DNA of 64,000 nt from Escherichia coli (GCF_003018115.1 NZ_CP027457.1); one strand, 5' to 3'; positions 45,349 through 57,907 are shown, numbered from the stretch's first letter. The notes: a model not told the origin generated them from the sequence alone. Numbers and translations are program-made.

Positions 45349-45917
45349 CTTTATCAATGACTTATCTCCCGACTTCCCGCCTTGCTTTTCCTAAACAGAA
45401 CAATCGTAGAATATTCTTGAAGGGTTAGATCGTCACTGTTTTCTGTTCGATACTGTGACATTCAGCACTTGATTCGCTATGGATCTGACAGGAAGCTTTC
45501 GAGCGAAAATGTGCAGTTATTCAGTCGTTTTCTTATCGCTCACCATTCTTCTTTTAGACATTCATCCTATGAAACTGCCGCAAAGTTGGTGGTGGGAACT
45601 GAAGTTGCGTAGAGAAGGGGTCAATAATTGAGTCAAAAAAGGAACGCGGCCGTCAGATTAAAGCCGCGGGACAAAGTCCATAATTTCCAAGAGTTGTTGA
45701 ATTTCCCAGCTTTTTTGAAAGCCTTTGTATCATACTAACAAGTAAAAAAGGTTTAAATACCAAAATTAACCTGTATTTTTGATAAGTCTTACCATTGTAC
45801 GATTTACACAGTTTCTGCTCCTCCTTGTTGATAGTGGAAAGGGTGCATTGTGCACTTGCGTAAACATTTATGACGCGTTGATGTCCATGGTTCACATTTC
45901 CTTGTCAGGGGATCGAC

Positions 45918-46448
45918 TTATTTGCGGCGAGGCATCATTCGTAACAGAGTATTATCTTTCTGAATGTAGTGATGAAAGAGTGCTGCGCCAGCGTGAGCTG
46001 CGATTAAAAAGTAGCCTATATTTGCCCAGGTTTCGTGAATATTTTTTATCAGTGCTTTAATTTCGCTGTTTGGGGTAACAAAGGGAGACACATTGAAACC
46101 AAGGAAACTCCACGATTTTCCACTGTAAGCCATTAAAGCAATCCCCAGCAGAGGAAGCGCAAGGAAGGTTATATAAAGCATGATGTGCATTAGCGAAGCC
46201 GCTTTCATTTGCCAGGCAGGTGGCGGTGGCACAATAGAAGGATCACTATAACGGTGTTTTATAATCAGGCGTGAAAACATTAACACCCAAACGAATATAC
46301 CCGCATTGTAATGTGTTTCTCGCATCAGCAGATAAGTACTACTACCTTTAGGAAACCAGCCACGGAGTTCCATCGCGGCATAGGTTATTGCAACGAAAAG
46401 CAGCGTTATCCAATGTAAATAAATTTGAGTTTTTGAGAATCGGTTCAT
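45918..46448 (-). CDS. yodB: Cytochrome b561-family membrane protein
   Basis: ORF 45918..46478; start at MNRFSKTQIYLHWITLL... (176 aa), 4 TM with conserved His. Confidence 0.88.
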   Translation of the reverse strand: MNRFSKTQIYLHWITLLFVAITYAAMELRGWFPKGSSTYLLMRETHYNAGIFVWVLMFSRLIIKHRYSDPSIVPPPPAWQMKAASLMHIMLYITFLALPLLGIALMAYSGKSWSFLGFNVSPFVTPNSEIKALIKNIHETWANIGYFLIAAHAGAALFHHYIQKDNTLLRMMPRRK

Positions 46449-46790
46449 TTTTGTAGCTCCTGTAATTTTCACAGTCAAGCTATCCCACGAACCTTAAAAA
46501 TTCCTTATACAGATGTGGTTTTAAGAATTTGTTATTTAAAAAATTGATAGTGCACATTGTAACCAGCCAATATAAGCAATGTCGTGAGCACAGGTATCTT
46601 TCTCTGTTGGCCGTATTGTGTATGGAATCCGTTATTGGTTAACTCAATGCGGGTTAGCTTATTAATATACAGACACGTCATAGTGATGAGCGTGTCTGTA
46701 GCTAGCTTGCGTTCAGTGGCGTTTGTGGATGGACCAGTGGCAGTTATGATGACTTACTAAAGCGGCATCGAGGCGTTATCATGAGAATAC

Positions 46791-47441
46791 TCAATGAGAC
46801 ATCATTTCCTCGACCACTTCTTCGCTACTCAACTGATATGGATAATACGTTGGCCAGTTTTCCATTTCATTTAATAAAGATTGCTGTGAATCATTACCCA
46901 TAAAAATGTGAAAATGAGATGATTTTCGTGGTGCAATTATATGATCGCTAAATTGTATATATTTAGGGGCTTTGCTTTCAGGATCTTTACATTCGAATAA
47001 GTAACGAACGCCTTTCTTGCCTGATTTATAGGTGAGTATTTTGTATCCATCGTAATCATATTTACAGGATGTTGTTTCATTATTTCTATGGAATTCAACA
47101 ATGCCGTCCTCAATGCCAATCATCTCGATATCTGTTGCATAACCTTTGTGATAATAATCTTTAATTTCAGCAAATGTTTTAGTTTTATCTGCATCCGCTT
47201 TCTTCTGAAAGACGGGGTCAAGTTTGCCACTTTGCAGTAAAGGATAAACGGATTGCCAGACTCCATCCCAGTCACTGAGCGTTCGGTTTTGTACATTGGC
47301 ATCATCAAAAACACCATTAGCAGCTTTTTGTTCGACCTCTGTTAAGGGGTTGCCGTGTGAGTGATGACCATGCGAAAAGGCAGGAGCGCTAACAATAAAG
47401 ACACCTAAAGCAACAGCCAGTTTATGAAGACGAATCGCCAA
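46791..47441 (-). CDS. zinT: Periplasmic zinc/cadmium-binding protein
   Basis: 216-aa ORF with signal peptide and His-rich N-terminus (HGHHSHG). Confidence 0.92.
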   Translation of the reverse strand: MAIRLHKLAVALGVFIVSAPAFSHGHHSHGNPLTEVEQKAANGVFDDANVQNRTLSDWDGVWQSVYPLLQSGKLDPVFQKKADADKTKTFAEIKDYYHKGYATDIEMIGIEDGIVEFHRNNETTSCKYDYDGYKILTYKSGKKGVRYLFECKDPESKAPKYIQFSDHIIAPRKSSHFHIFMGNDSQQSLLNEMENWPTYYPYQLSSEEVVEEMMSH

Positions 47442-47476
47442 AACAGTTTCCTCCAGAGTTAATGTATATGATGTGT

Positions 47477-47500
47477 AATGTTATATTGTAACATATAACA
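47477..47500. promoter_or_regulatory. Probable Zur box in the zinT promoter
   Basis: AT-rich palindrome tgttatat-N6-atataaca directly upstream of zinT. Confidence 0.65.
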
Positions 47501-47625
47501 AAATGCAACAACTCTTAGGAAACGAGAGCATGGCTTTCTCAGTTCTACTTATCTATCTTATTGAAATAAAATAAATTATTTTTGTGATTTGAGGTTGATG
47601 ACAAACGAAACATAACCTGATGTGA

Positions 47626-47666
47626 GCTGCGTAGGCCGGATAGGGCGCTCGCGCCACATCCGGCAG
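47626..47666. repeat. REP (repetitive extragenic palindromic) element
   Basis: gcgtaggccggatagggcgctcgcgccacatccggca, the typical REP consensus, between zinT and msrQ. Confidence 0.8.
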
Positions 47667-47697
47667 GGATAACGCGTACTTTGTCGGCAATATGAAG

Positions 47698-48333
47698 TTA
47701 TACAGATAATTTGTTGTGAACCTGCTTGCGTAACCGGTTAAAAAGGGAACGCAACTTCTTATACCGTAAGGCTAAAAGCAGTACAGCCAGCCCAGCGTAG
47801 ATGAGCGGCTGCGGTGAAATAATCTTCACTGACCACAGATAATGTATTGGGGACAGGATCGCGACAAGATAGACGAAATTATGCAACTGTTGCCAGTGCT
47901 TGCCGAGTTTTCGCTGCATCGCCTGGGTTGAAGTAAACGCTAAAGCAAGCAAAATAACCCAGCTGATAATTCCTAACGTTAAATAAGGCCGGGTAATTAA
48001 CTCCTTGCCTAATAACGCCAGATTATTCACGCCCAGCTCCAGCAATGCGTAACTGGTTAAATGCAGTGTCGCCCAGGCAAAGCACCATAAGCCTAACAGG
48101 CGGCGAGTGCGTATCAATAACGGCTGTTTTGCGTAGCGTGCCAGAGGTGTGATTAACAAGGTCGCCAGCAAAAATTTCAGTGCAGTGCGACCAGTAAAAT
48201 GCTGAATATCTTTCACCGGATCGGCACCCAGTCCACCGTGATTGATTGCCCAGACCAGCCAGAGAAACGGCAACAATCCGGCAAGATGCAGGCAAACTTT
48301 CAGCCATGTCACCTGTTTTGCTGTCAGACGCAT
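47698..48333 (-). CDS. msrQ: Methionine sulfoxide reductase heme-binding subunit
   Basis: 211-aa polytopic membrane [26 protein letters not shown]... Confidence 0.92.
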   Translation of the reverse strand: MRLTAKQVTWLKVCLHLAGLLPFLWLVWAINHGGLGADPVKDIQHFTGRTALKFLLATLLITPLARYAKQPLLIRTRRLLGLWCFAWATLHLTSYALLELGVNNLALLGKELITRPYLTLGIISWVILLALAFTSTQAMQRKLGKHWQQLHNFVYLVAILSPIHYLWSVKIISPQPLIYAGLAVLLLALRYKKLRSLFNRLRKQVHNKLSV

Positions 48334-49344
<1,011 letters not shown>

Positions 49345-49446
49345 TCACACTTTTTTGTCGTTAGCCAGCAAGAGCCGTTTACTGCTAATCTGTCAGGGAG
49401 TGTCCTCCCTAACAGTAGCAGAGATCTGCTTTTACATATTTATGCA

Positions 49447-49860
49447 TTAACTGCCACGATAGGTTGAATACCCATATTGGCTAAGTAATAAAGGCACATG
49501 ATAATGCTCGTTCACTTTATTAATATGAAATTCAACGGGGATCTCAGGGAAGAAACTTTCAAGATTTTGTTTCTTGAAATAGTCCCCGGTTTTAAATACG
49601 ACACGGTAATCGCCCGTAGTTGCAGTTTGCTCGGGCCACAGTGCCTTAATTCGTCCATCCTTATCTGTTTTGGCGGTATTAAGTTGTAACCAGCCGTTAT
49701 CCGCTTTCTTTTCAAGAGTGACTGTCACGTCGGCAGCGGGTTTTCCTGTTTGCTGGTTCAAAATGTGCACGCTAAGAATGTTTTGTTGTGCAGCATAGAC
49801 CAAAGAAGGTAATGAAAATGCAGCCGTTACTACGGAGAGTACTAAATAACGCTTTAACAT
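49447..49860 (-). CDS. hiuH: 5-hydroxyisourate hydrolase (transthyretin-like periplasmic protein)
   Basis: 137-aa ORF with signal peptide and C-terminal YRGS motif. Confidence 0.9.
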   Translation of the reverse strand: MLKRYLVLSVVTAAFSLPSLVYAAQQNILSVHILNQQTGKPAADVTVTLEKKADNGWLQLNTAKTDKDGRIKALWPEQTATTGDYRVVFKTGDYFKKQNLESFFPEIPVEFHINKVNEHYHVPLLLSQYGYSTYRGS

Positions 49861-49992
49861 GTTTATATCCTTGTCATGTGAATGAGTTTTGAGGATAGCG
49901 AAAAAGCGTCCAGGGTAACCTTACAGCAGCATTACAATTTTGTAATGAACCAGGCTGTTTCTATAACATATGATTTATGGCATATTATTTTC

Positions 49993-50664
49993 ATGAAGAT
50001 TTTACTTATTGAAGATAATCAAAGGACCCAGGAGTGGGTAACGCAGGGGCTTTCCGAAGCGGGTTATGTCATCGATGCCGTTTCTGATGGCAGAGATGGG
50101 CTTTATCTTGCGCTGAAGGATGATTATGCATTGATCATTCTGGATATTATGCTTCCGGGTATGGATGGCTGGCAGATCTTACAAACGTTAAGAACGGCAA
50201 AGCAAACCCCTGTTATTTGCCTTACTGCAAGGGATTCTGTCGATGACAGAGTCAGAGGGCTGGACAGTGGAGCAAATGATTATCTGGTAAAACCTTTTTC
50301 ATTTTCTGAGTTGCTGGCAAGGGTTCGGGCACAATTAAGGCAACATCACGCTTTGAATTCAACATTAGAAATCAGCGGCTTAAGAATGGACTCTGTTAGT
50401 CAAAGTGTGAGCAGGGACAATATCAGTATTACACTGACGCGCAAGGAGTTTCAGTTACTTTGGCTACTGGCCTCCAGAGCTGGCGAAATTATACCCAGAA
50501 CGGTTATTGCGAGTGAAATTTGGGGAATCAACTTTGATAGTGATACCAATACGGTGGACGTCGCCATTCGCAGGCTCCGCGCAAAAGTTGATGATCCTTT
50601 TCCTGAAAAGCTAATCGCCACAATCCGGGGGATGGGCTATTCATTCGTAGCGGTAAAAAAATAA
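49993..50664 (+). CDS. hprR: Two-component response regulator (OmpR family)
   Basis: ORF 49882..50664; start at MKILLIEDNQRTQEW... (ATG 49993, 223 aa). Confidence 0.9.
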   Translation: MKILLIEDNQRTQEWVTQGLSEAGYVIDAVSDGRDGLYLALKDDYALIILDIMLPGMDGWQILQTLRTAKQTPVICLTARDSVDDRVRGLDSGANDYLVKPFSFSELLARVRAQLRQHHALNSTLEISGLRMDSVSQSVSRDNISITLTRKEFQLLWLLASRAGEIIPRTVIASEIWGINFDSDTNTVDVAIRRLRAKVDDPFPEKLIATIRGMGYSFVAVKK

Positions 50665-52022
50665 TGAAAAGATTATCTATAACCGTCCGTTTAACCTTGC
50701 TTTTTATATTGCTGCTGTCTGTTGCTGGCGCTGGAATTGTATGGACTCTCTATAATGGCCTGGCAAATGAGTTGAAATGGCGCGATGATACAACACTCAT
50801 TAACCGGACAGCACAGATCAAGCAGTTGTTAATTGATGGGGTAAATCCAGATACGTTACCTGTGTACTTTAACCGGATGATGGATGTTAGTCAGGATATC
50901 TTGATCATTCATGGTGATAGCATCAATAAAATTGTTAACCGGACAAATGTCAGTGATGGCATGTTAAATAACATACCTGCTAGTGAGACAATCAGCGCAG
51001 CTGGCATTTACAGAAGCATTATTAATGATACAGAGATAGATGCTTTACGAATTAATATTGATGAAGTTTCGCCATCATTAACGGTTACTGTGGCTAAATT
51101 GGCTTCAGCCAGACATAACATGCTTGAACAGTATAAAATCAATAGCATTATAATTTGCATTGTCGCCATTATACTGTGCTCAGTATTAAGTCCGCTGTTA
51201 ATCCGGACGGGGTTACGAGAGATCAAAAAGTTGAGTGGTGTAACGGAAGCGCTGAATTATAACGATAGCCGAGAGCCTGTTGAGGTTAGCGCATTACCGA
51301 GAGAACTAAAACCTCTTGGGCAGGCGTTGAATAAAATGCATCATGCTTTAGTCAAAGATTTTGAGCGTCTAAGTCAGTTTGCTGACGATCTCGCTCATGA
51401 ACTTAGAACGCCAATTAATGCATTACTGGGTCAGAATCAGGTTACGCTCAGTCAAACCAGAAGTATCGCTGAATATCAAAAAACAATTGCCGGAAACATT
51501 GAAGAGCTGGAAAATATTTCGCGGTTAACAGAGAACATACTGTTTCTTGCCAGGGCAGATAAAAACAATGTTTTGGTGAAACTGGACTCGCTTTCTCTCA
51601 ATAAGGAAGTCGAAAATTTGTTGGACTATCTTGAATACCTTTCAGACGAGAAAGAGATTTGCTTTAAGGTCGAGTGCAATCAGCAAATCTTTGCGGATAA
51701 AATTTTACTACAACGAATGTTATCGAATCTTATTGTTAACGCTATTCGATATTCGCCAGAAAAATCGCGTATTCATATAACCAGTTTTCTTGATACCAAC
51801 AGCTATCTTAATATTGATATCGCCAGCCCTGGAACGAAAATTAATGAGCCTGAAAAACTCTTCCGTAGATTTTGGCGGGGAGATAATTCGCGTCATTCCG
51901 TAGGTCAGGGACTAGGCCTTTCTTTAGTCAAAGCGATTGCCGAATTACATGGGGGAAGTGCTACGTATCACTATCTCAATAAGCATAATGTGTTCCGGAT
52001 TACGTTGCCGCAAAGAAATTAA
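50664..52022 (+). CDS. hprS: Two-component sensor histidine kinase
   Basis: 452-aa ORF with two TM segments, H-box (LAHELRTP) and ATPase G-boxes; start overlaps the hprR stop. Confidence 0.9.
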   Translation: MKRLSITVRLTLLFILLLSVAGAGIVWTLYNGLANELKWRDDTTLINRTAQIKQLLIDGVNPDTLPVYFNRMMDVSQDILIIHGDSINKIVNRTNVSDGMLNNIPASETISAAGIYRSIINDTEIDALRINIDEVSPSLTVTVAKLASARHNMLEQYKINSIIICIVAIILCSVLSPLLIRTGLREIKKLSGVTEALNYNDSREPVEVSALPRELKPLGQALNKMHHALVKDFERLSQFADDLAHELRTPINALLGQNQVTLSQTRSIAEYQKTIAGNIEELENISRLTENILFLARADKNNVLVKLDSLSLNKEVENLLDYLEYLSDEKEICFKVECNQQIFADKILLQRMLSNLIVNAIRYSPEKSRIHITSFLDTNSYLNIDIASPGTKINEPEKLFRRFWRGDNSRHSVGQGLGLSLVKAIAELHGGSATYHYLNKHNVFRITLPQRN

Positions 52023-52118
52023 CATAGGCTTCAGTACGCCCGTTAAAAAACGCAGCCACGTCGTGAGTACTAACGCGGCTGCGATTGATTATGCGCTTAC
52101 ATTCAAACGTAACAGGGA

Positions 52119-52970
52119 TTAACCCGCGTAAGCTGCCAGCATTTCCTGCGCCGCCAGTTTACCCAACGCATTCGCTGCAAAAGGACTGTCGCCGGTGAAA
52201 AGTTTACGGTCCTTATGTACTCGCCCGGTGATGTCGTCATTAATGATGTTCATGCCCATTTTCTTCAGCTCTTCGCCGAAGTACCAGGTGAGATGACCCG
52301 GCATATAGCCAATCTCTGGCGTTTGTTTGTCTGCGGCGTCTGGGAATGCGCAAATGGAATAACCATTCAGTGGGTTATCGCCGTGGCGAAGCGCCAGAAA
52401 AGCCGCCGGGCCGTGGCAAAGGGAGATAACAAAACGGTCATTTTTGATTGCCCACTGTAAAGCGGCAGCTACGTCCTGGCTTTCAGGTAAACCAATAAGT
52501 GCGCCATGACCACCAGGAACAAAGATTGCTGCATATTCGCTATCAGCGTTGAGGCTGGCGACAACATCCGCGAGTTTCTTCGGATTGCGGAACAACGATT
52601 TATGCTGCTCAAAGAATGGCATTACTTTTTCATCTTTGTGCGGCATAGCCCAGTATTCAAACTTGGTCATCAGACCGGAAATGGTCGCCACTTCGAATTC
52701 GAAACCTGCAGCATGGAGATGATACAACGGCAGCAACGTTTCAATCGGATGGTTACCGGTCGAGAACAGCTTTCCGTTATCGGTCGGCAAATAACGTTCG
52801 TCCGCGGCGATCACCAGAATTTTATGTTTACCGCGATACGGTTTTGGATAGTCCACGCCATCAAGATCAGAGACAGGACTGGTATATTGGCTAAGCGAAT
52901 ATTCTGAAGGGAAGAATGCATTATCTTCAGCAATATCGACCTGCGGATTTTTACTTGTTTGAACAGTCAT
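52119..52970 (-). CDS. hchA: Hsp31 glyoxalase III / protein deglycase (DJ-1/PfpI family)
   Basis: 283-aa ORF MTVQTSKNPQVDIAEDNAFFPSEYSLSQYTSP... Confidence 0.93.
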   Translation of the reverse strand: MTVQTSKNPQVDIAEDNAFFPSEYSLSQYTSPVSDLDGVDYPKPYRGKHKILVIAADERYLPTDNGKLFSTGNHPIETLLPLYHLHAAGFEFEVATISGLMTKFEYWAMPHKDEKVMPFFEQHKSLFRNPKKLADVVASLNADSEYAAIFVPGGHGALIGLPESQDVAAALQWAIKNDRFVISLCHGPAAFLALRHGDNPLNGYSICAFPDAADKQTPEIGYMPGHLTWYFGEELKKMGMNIINDDITGRVHKDRKLFTGDSPFAANALGKLAAQEMLAAYAG

Positions 52971-53483
52971 AGTGTATTCCTTATTGTTGCTTAGTTAGGG
53001 TAGTCACTATATTTGCGACTGAGCTGGTCGCTATTTTTAACCAGGCTGGAAAATTGAGTCAATATATCGAAAGCGGTAGTCGGCGGGTGTAAGTATGTAA
53101 TGATGATGCTGCACTGGTGTTGAATATTATTCACGCCAAATTTTCCTTATTGAGCAACGTCGTCGCAAGTGGCCTCAATGATTTTAGACCATTATCAAAG
53201 GTACGGGGCGGCGGGGAGAGATTTAGTGCTGTGGAATATTGTGGTGCTGATGAATATTTATATCCCGGATTGGTAGAGAAAAAGCTTTTTCCATGCACTA
53301 TTTTTGCAAATATTTCTATATGGGAGGCGTGTTTGTTGCGGATTAATTCATAAAGAAATGTATTTGGAGTGTTGGCTGGAAGAGTAGCTGGTAGAAGATA
53401 TTGTGCCAGGAGGGGCAGGGTAAGGGGCTGTATCGATATGCATTGACAATTGCGTGTGCCGGAGATGGAGATGAAATGCCAAT

Positions 53484-53519
53484 AAAAAAGCCTGAGTTCG
53501 ATGAGGGACGAACTCAGGC
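53484..53519 (-). terminator. Intrinsic terminator downstream of yedS
   Basis: Hairpin gcctgagttcg...cgaactcaggc preceded on the plus strand by an A-run (T-run on the minus strand). Confidence 0.65.
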
Positions 53520-53562
53520 TAGTGTTCAGTTTTACAGTAACACGCCGCGGCGCGTTGACTGA

Positions 53563-54756
53563 TTAGAACTGGTAGACTAAGCCCACAGCAACGATATCAT
53601 CGGTAGCGATGCCGTTTGCTTCGTAGAAGTCATCGTCGTTGTCCAGCAGGTTGATTTTGTAATCAACATAGGTGGACATGTTTTTGTTGAAGTAGTAGGT
53701 CGCACCAATATCAACGTATTTAACCAGATCTTTATTGGTGTAACGTGGGTCGCCGTTGCCGTCATGAGCCCAACCGCCTAAATCCTTACCTTTAGATTGC
53801 AGGTAAGCGATGGACGGGCGCAGGCCAAAGTCGAACTGATACTGAGCAACAACTTCAAAGTTTTGGGTTTTGTTAGCGATGGCTGATCTTGATTCACCAT
53901 TATCAAACTCGCCACCACCATATGGGGTCATATTGCGAGTTTCAGCGTACATAGCTGCTAAATACACATTATTAGCATCATATTTTGCACCAACAGTCCA
54001 TGCTTCAGCGGTTTCACCACCAGCATTTCTGTTGCTATGGTTACGATCATTTAAACCAACTCCAACCTGACGATCTGAACGATCAGAGTTTGAATATGCA
54101 GCACCCAGACTTAAACCGAAGTCGAAGTCATAGGAAGTGGACATACCGAAACCATCACCATTTTCTTGAGCAATGTCCCGACCCTTACCCTTACCAGAAC
54201 CTTCCTGACCGAATGGACCACCGTTTTCGTTATTACTCTGATATTGCAGAGCAAAGTTCAGGCCATCGACCTGACCAAAGAAGCCATTGTTACGGTAGGT
54301 TGCAACACCATTAGCACGACCGTTCATGAAGTTGTCAGCGCCAGCATAGGTATCGCCACCAAATTCTGGCAGCATATCGGTCCATGCTTCTACGTCATAT
54401 ACGACACCGTAGTTACGACCATAGTCGAAAGTACCATTCTGACCAAAGCCTAAACCTGCAAATGCCAGACGCGTTGCAGTATTACCTTTGTCGCTTTCAG
54501 TACCGTTTGCGCCAATGTTAAATTCCCACTGACCGTAACCAGTGAATTGATCAGCGATCTGAGTTTCACCTTTGAAACCGATACGGGCATATGACATGTC
54601 GCCATCGCTGCCAGAATCATCAGAGAAGTAGTGCAGACCCACTACTTTTCCGTACAAATCCAGTTTATTACCATCTTTATTATAGACTTCAGCCGCATTT
54701 GCTGCGCCAGCAACTAATAACGCCGGGACCAGCATTGCCAGAACTTTTCTTTTCAT
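53563..54756 (-). CDS. yedS: OmpC/OmpF-family general porin, apparently intact
   Basis: ORF 53563..54825; start at [37 protein letters not shown]... (397 aa), C-terminal aromatic residue (YQF). Confidence 0.88.
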   Translation of the reverse strand: MKRKVLAMLVPALLVAGAANAAEVYNKDGNKLDLYGKVVGLHYFSDDSGSDGDMSYARIGFKGETQIADQFTGYGQWEFNIGANGTESDKGNTATRLAFAGLGFGQNGTFDYGRNYGVVYDVEAWTDMLPEFGGDTYAGADNFMNGRANGVATYRNNGFFGQVDGLNFALQYQSNNENGGPFGQEGSGKGKGRDIAQENGDGFGMSTSYDFDFGLSLGAAYSNSDRSDRQVGVGLNDRNHSNRNAGGETAEAWTVGAKYDANNVYLAAMYAETRNMTPYGGGEFDNGESRSAIANKTQNFEVVAQYQFDFGLRPSIAYLQSKGKDLGGWAHDGNGDPRYTNKDLVKYVDIGATYYFNKNMSTYVDYKINLLDNDDDFYEANGIATDDIVAVGLVYQF

Positions 54757-55066
54757 TATGTATTCCCTTGTGATTATAATCTTCATGAATATATCAATAA
54801 GTGCCGTTATCCAAAAAAAGCACATTTGGATACTATTCTATGAAGTTCATTTTATTTTAAGGATTGCATGTAACAAATGTATTTAAAAGATTTCAAAATG
54901 TTTCTAATCTATTTAATATAATTCAGGATTATGAATTCTGAATATAAACATTCATGAAGATTATAAATGCATATCAATATGTTATGAGTTGAGCGGAAAC
55001 ATAGGGGGTATCAATGATTGTTGCGCCAAACGGCTGGTGTGATCAGGCGCACATTAATGAAGGCAT

Positions 55067-55160
55067 AAAAAAAAGCCGGCATCATGCCGGCCCAAAAAAT
55101 ATAAACAAGACGATAAAAGGCTAATAACGGTAGCATCATGACACAGAATAATAAAAAGGT
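55067..55160 (-). ncRNA. Candidate small RNA in the yedS-yedR spacer (possibly RseX); extent approximate
   Basis: Minus-strand intrinsic terminator (gccggcatgatgccggc followed by a U-run) at 55067-55091 with no ORF upstream. The 5' end is not defined. Confidence 0.35.
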
Positions 55161-55384
55161 ATAATTGTAATCAGTGCTAATATATTGATTAAATGAATTA
55201 ATAAAGCCGATATCAAAGATAAATAAAATCGCTCAAAACGATTTTTCCTGTATTCACTGCCGTTGCGCAAAATTTATCTATTTGTTCAAAAAATGATTGA
55301 GTCTTGACTGGCTCATCCAATGTGGAAAAATGTGACTTTTATCACATAATAGTACTAAGTCTGAATTTTCCGGGTTATCTCAAA

Positions 55385-55687
55385 ATGGAATACGGTTCGA
55401 CAAAGATGGAAGAGAGACTCTCTCGCAGCCCTGGCGGCAAACTGGCTTTGTGGGCTTTCTATACATGGTGTGGCTATTTCGTCTGGGCAATGGCGCGTTA
55501 CATCTGGGTGATGAGCCGGATCCCCGATGCCCCCGTGTCGGGATTTGAAAGCGATTTAGGCTCTACCGCGGGAAAGTGGTTAGGGGCACTGGTCGGATTT
55601 TTATTTATGGCTCTGGTCGGGGCATTGTTAGGCAGCATTGCCTGGTACACCCGACCTCGTCCCGCACGTAGCAGACGCTATGAATAA
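55385..55687 (+). CDS. yedR: Small inner-membrane protein
   Basis: ORF 55304..55687; start placed at MEYGSTKMEERLSRSPGGKLALWAF...; two predicted TM helices. Confidence 0.7.
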   Translation: MEYGSTKMEERLSRSPGGKLALWAFYTWCGYFVWAMARYIWVMSRIPDAPVSGFESDLGSTAGKWLGALVGFLFMALVGALLGSIAWYTRPRPARSRRYE

Positions 55688-55726
55688 AAACTGCTAAGGT
55701 GGCGACTCTTTGGCAACGGAGCGCGT

Positions 55727-56422
55727 ATGGACTTACAACACTGGCAGGCACAGTTCGAAAACTGGTTGAAAAACCATCATCAGCACCAGGACGCGGCCCA
55801 TGACGTGTGTCATTTTCGCCGCGTCTGGGCTACGGCACAGAAGCTGGCGGCAGATGACGATGTCGATATGCTGGTGATTTTGACCGCCTGTTATTTTCAC
55901 GATATTGTGAGCCTGGCGAAAAATCATCCGCAAAGGCAGCGTTCTTCAATCCTGGCGGCAGAAGAGACGCGTCGCCTGCTCCGTGAAGAGTTCGAGCAAT
56001 TTCCGGCGGAGAAAATCGAGGCCGTTTGTCATGCCATTGCCGCTCACAGTTTCAGCGCGCAAATCGCCCCCTTAACAACGGAAGCTAAAATCGTCCAGGA
56101 TGCGGATCGGCTGGAAGCCCTGGGGGCGATTGGCCTGGCGCGCGTGTTTGCCGTTTCAGGGGCATTGGGCGTGGCGCTGTTTGATGGTGAAGATCCGTTC
56201 GCACAGCATCGCCCGCTTGATGATAAACGCTACGCGCTGGATCATTTCCAGACTAAGTTGCTGAAGCTACCGCAAACCATGCAAACCGCAAGAGGCAAGC
56301 AGCTGGCGCAGCACAACGCGCATTTTTTAGTCGAGTTTATGGCGAAGCTCAGTGCCGAACTGGCGGGGGAGAATGAAGGTGTCGATCACAAGGTAATAGA
56401 TGCGTTTTCATCCGCTGGCTGA
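55727..56422 (+). CDS. yedJ: HD-domain phosphohydrolase
   Basis: 231-aa ORF with HD motif (CYFHDIV). Confidence 0.88.
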
Positions 56423-56488
56423 GCGCGTGGCCCTAAATGGCTGTAATTATGTTAACCTGTCGGCCATCTCAGATGGCCGGTGAAATCT

Positions 56489-57907
56489 ATGCAGGAAAAT
56501 ATATCAGTAACCGATTCATACAGCACCGGGAATGCCGCACAGGCAATGCTGGAGAAACTGCTGCAAATTTATGATGTTAAAACGCTGGTGGCGCAGCTTA
56601 ATGGTGTGGGTGAGAATCACTGGAGCGCGGCAATTTTAAAACGTGCGCTGGCGAATGACTCGGCATGGCACCGTTTAAGTGAGAAAGAGTTCGCCCATCT
56701 GCAAACGTTGTTACCCAAACCACCGGCACATCATCCGCATTATGCGTTTCGCTTTATCGATCTATTTGCCGGAATTGGCGGCATCCGTCGCGGTTTTGAA
56801 TCGATTGGCGGACAATGCGTGTTTACCAGCGAATGGAACAAACATGCGGTACGCACTTATAAAGCCAATCATTATTGCGACCCGGCGACGCATCATTTTA
56901 ATGAAGATATCCGCGACATCACCCTCAGCCATAAAGAAGGCGTGAGTGATGAGGCGGCGGCGGAACATATTCGTCAACACATTCCTGAACACGATGTTTT
57001 ACTGGCCGGTTTCCCTTGTCAGCCATTTTCGCTGGCTGGCGTATCGAAAAAGAACTCGCTCGGGCGGGCGCACGGTTTTGCCTGCGATACTCAGGGCACG
57101 CTGTTCTTTGATGTGGTGCGCATTATCGACGCGCGTCGTCCGGCGATGTTTGTGCTCGAAAACGTCAAAAACCTGAAAAGCCACGACCAGGGTAAAACGT
57201 TCCGCATCATCATGCAGACGCTGGACGAACTGGGCTATGACGTGGCTGATGCAGAAGATAACGGGCCGGACGATCCGAAAATCATCGATGGTAAACATTT
57301 TCTGCCGCAGCACCGTGAACGCATCGTGCTGGTGGGTTTTCGTCGCGATCTGAATCTGAAAGCCGATTTTACCCTGCGTGATATCAGCGGATGTTTCCCT
57401 GCGCAGCGAGTGACGCTGGCGCAGCTGCTGGACCCGATGGTCGAGGCGAAATATATCCTGACGCCGGTGCTGTGGAAGTACCTCTATCGTTATGCGAAAA
57501 AACATCAGGCGCGCGGTAACGGCTTCGGTTATGGAATGGTTTATCCGAACAATCCGCAAAGCGTCACGCGTACGCTGTCTGCGCGTTATTACAAAGATGG
57601 CGCGGAAATTTTAATCGATCGCGGATGGGATATGGCCACGGGTGAAAAAGACTTTGACGATCCGCTGAATCAGCAACATCGTCCACGTCGGTTAACGCCT
57701 CGGGAATGCGCGCGCTTAATGGGTTTTGAAGCGCCGGGAGAAGCGAAATTCCGCATTCCGGTTTCGGACACTCAGGCCTATCGCCAGTTCGGTAACTCGG
57801 TGGTCGTGCCAGTCTTTGCCGCGGTGGCAAAACTGCTTGAGCCAAAAATCAAACAGGCGGTGGCGTTGCGTCAGCAAGAGGCACAACATGGCCGACGTTC
57901 ACGATAA
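56489..57907 (+). CDS. dcm: DNA-cytosine C5-methyltransferase (CCWGG)
   Basis: ORF 56480..57907; start at [21 protein letters not shown]... (472 aa); motifs FAGIGG and PCQPFS. Confidence 0.93.
   Translation: MQENISVTDSYSTGNAAQAMLEKLLQIYDVKTLVAQLNGVGENHWSAAILKRALANDSAWHRLSEKEFAHLQTLLPKPPAHHPHYAFRFIDLFAGIGGIRRGFESIGGQCVFTSEWNKHAVRTYKANHYCDPATHHFNEDIRDITLSHKEGVSDEAAAEHIRQHIPEHDVLLAGFPCQPFSLAGVSKKNSLGRAHGFACDTQGTLFFDVVRIIDARRPAMFVLENVKNLKSHDQGKTFRIIMQTLDELGYDVADAEDNGPDDPKIIDGKHFLPQHRERIVLVGFRRDLNLKADFTLRDISGCFPAQRVTLAQLLDPMVEAKYILTPVLWKYLYRYAKKHQARGNGFGYGMVYPNNPQSVTRTLSARYYKDGAEILIDRGWDMATGEKDFDDPLNQQHRPRRLTPRECARLMGFEAPGEAKFRIPVSDTQAYRQFGNSVVVPVFAAVAKLLEPKIKQAVALRQQEAQHGRRSR

Noticed and set aside
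45653-46060. 80-aa and 93-aa ORFs in or near the serU-yodB spacer
   Set aside because: Overlapping opposite-strand frames without RBS; the 93-aa one runs antisense into yodB. The spacer itself is kept as a finding.
53117-53353. 78-aa ORF in the hchA-yedS spacer
   Set aside because: No RBS and no recognisable domain; likely a chance ORF in intergenic DNA.
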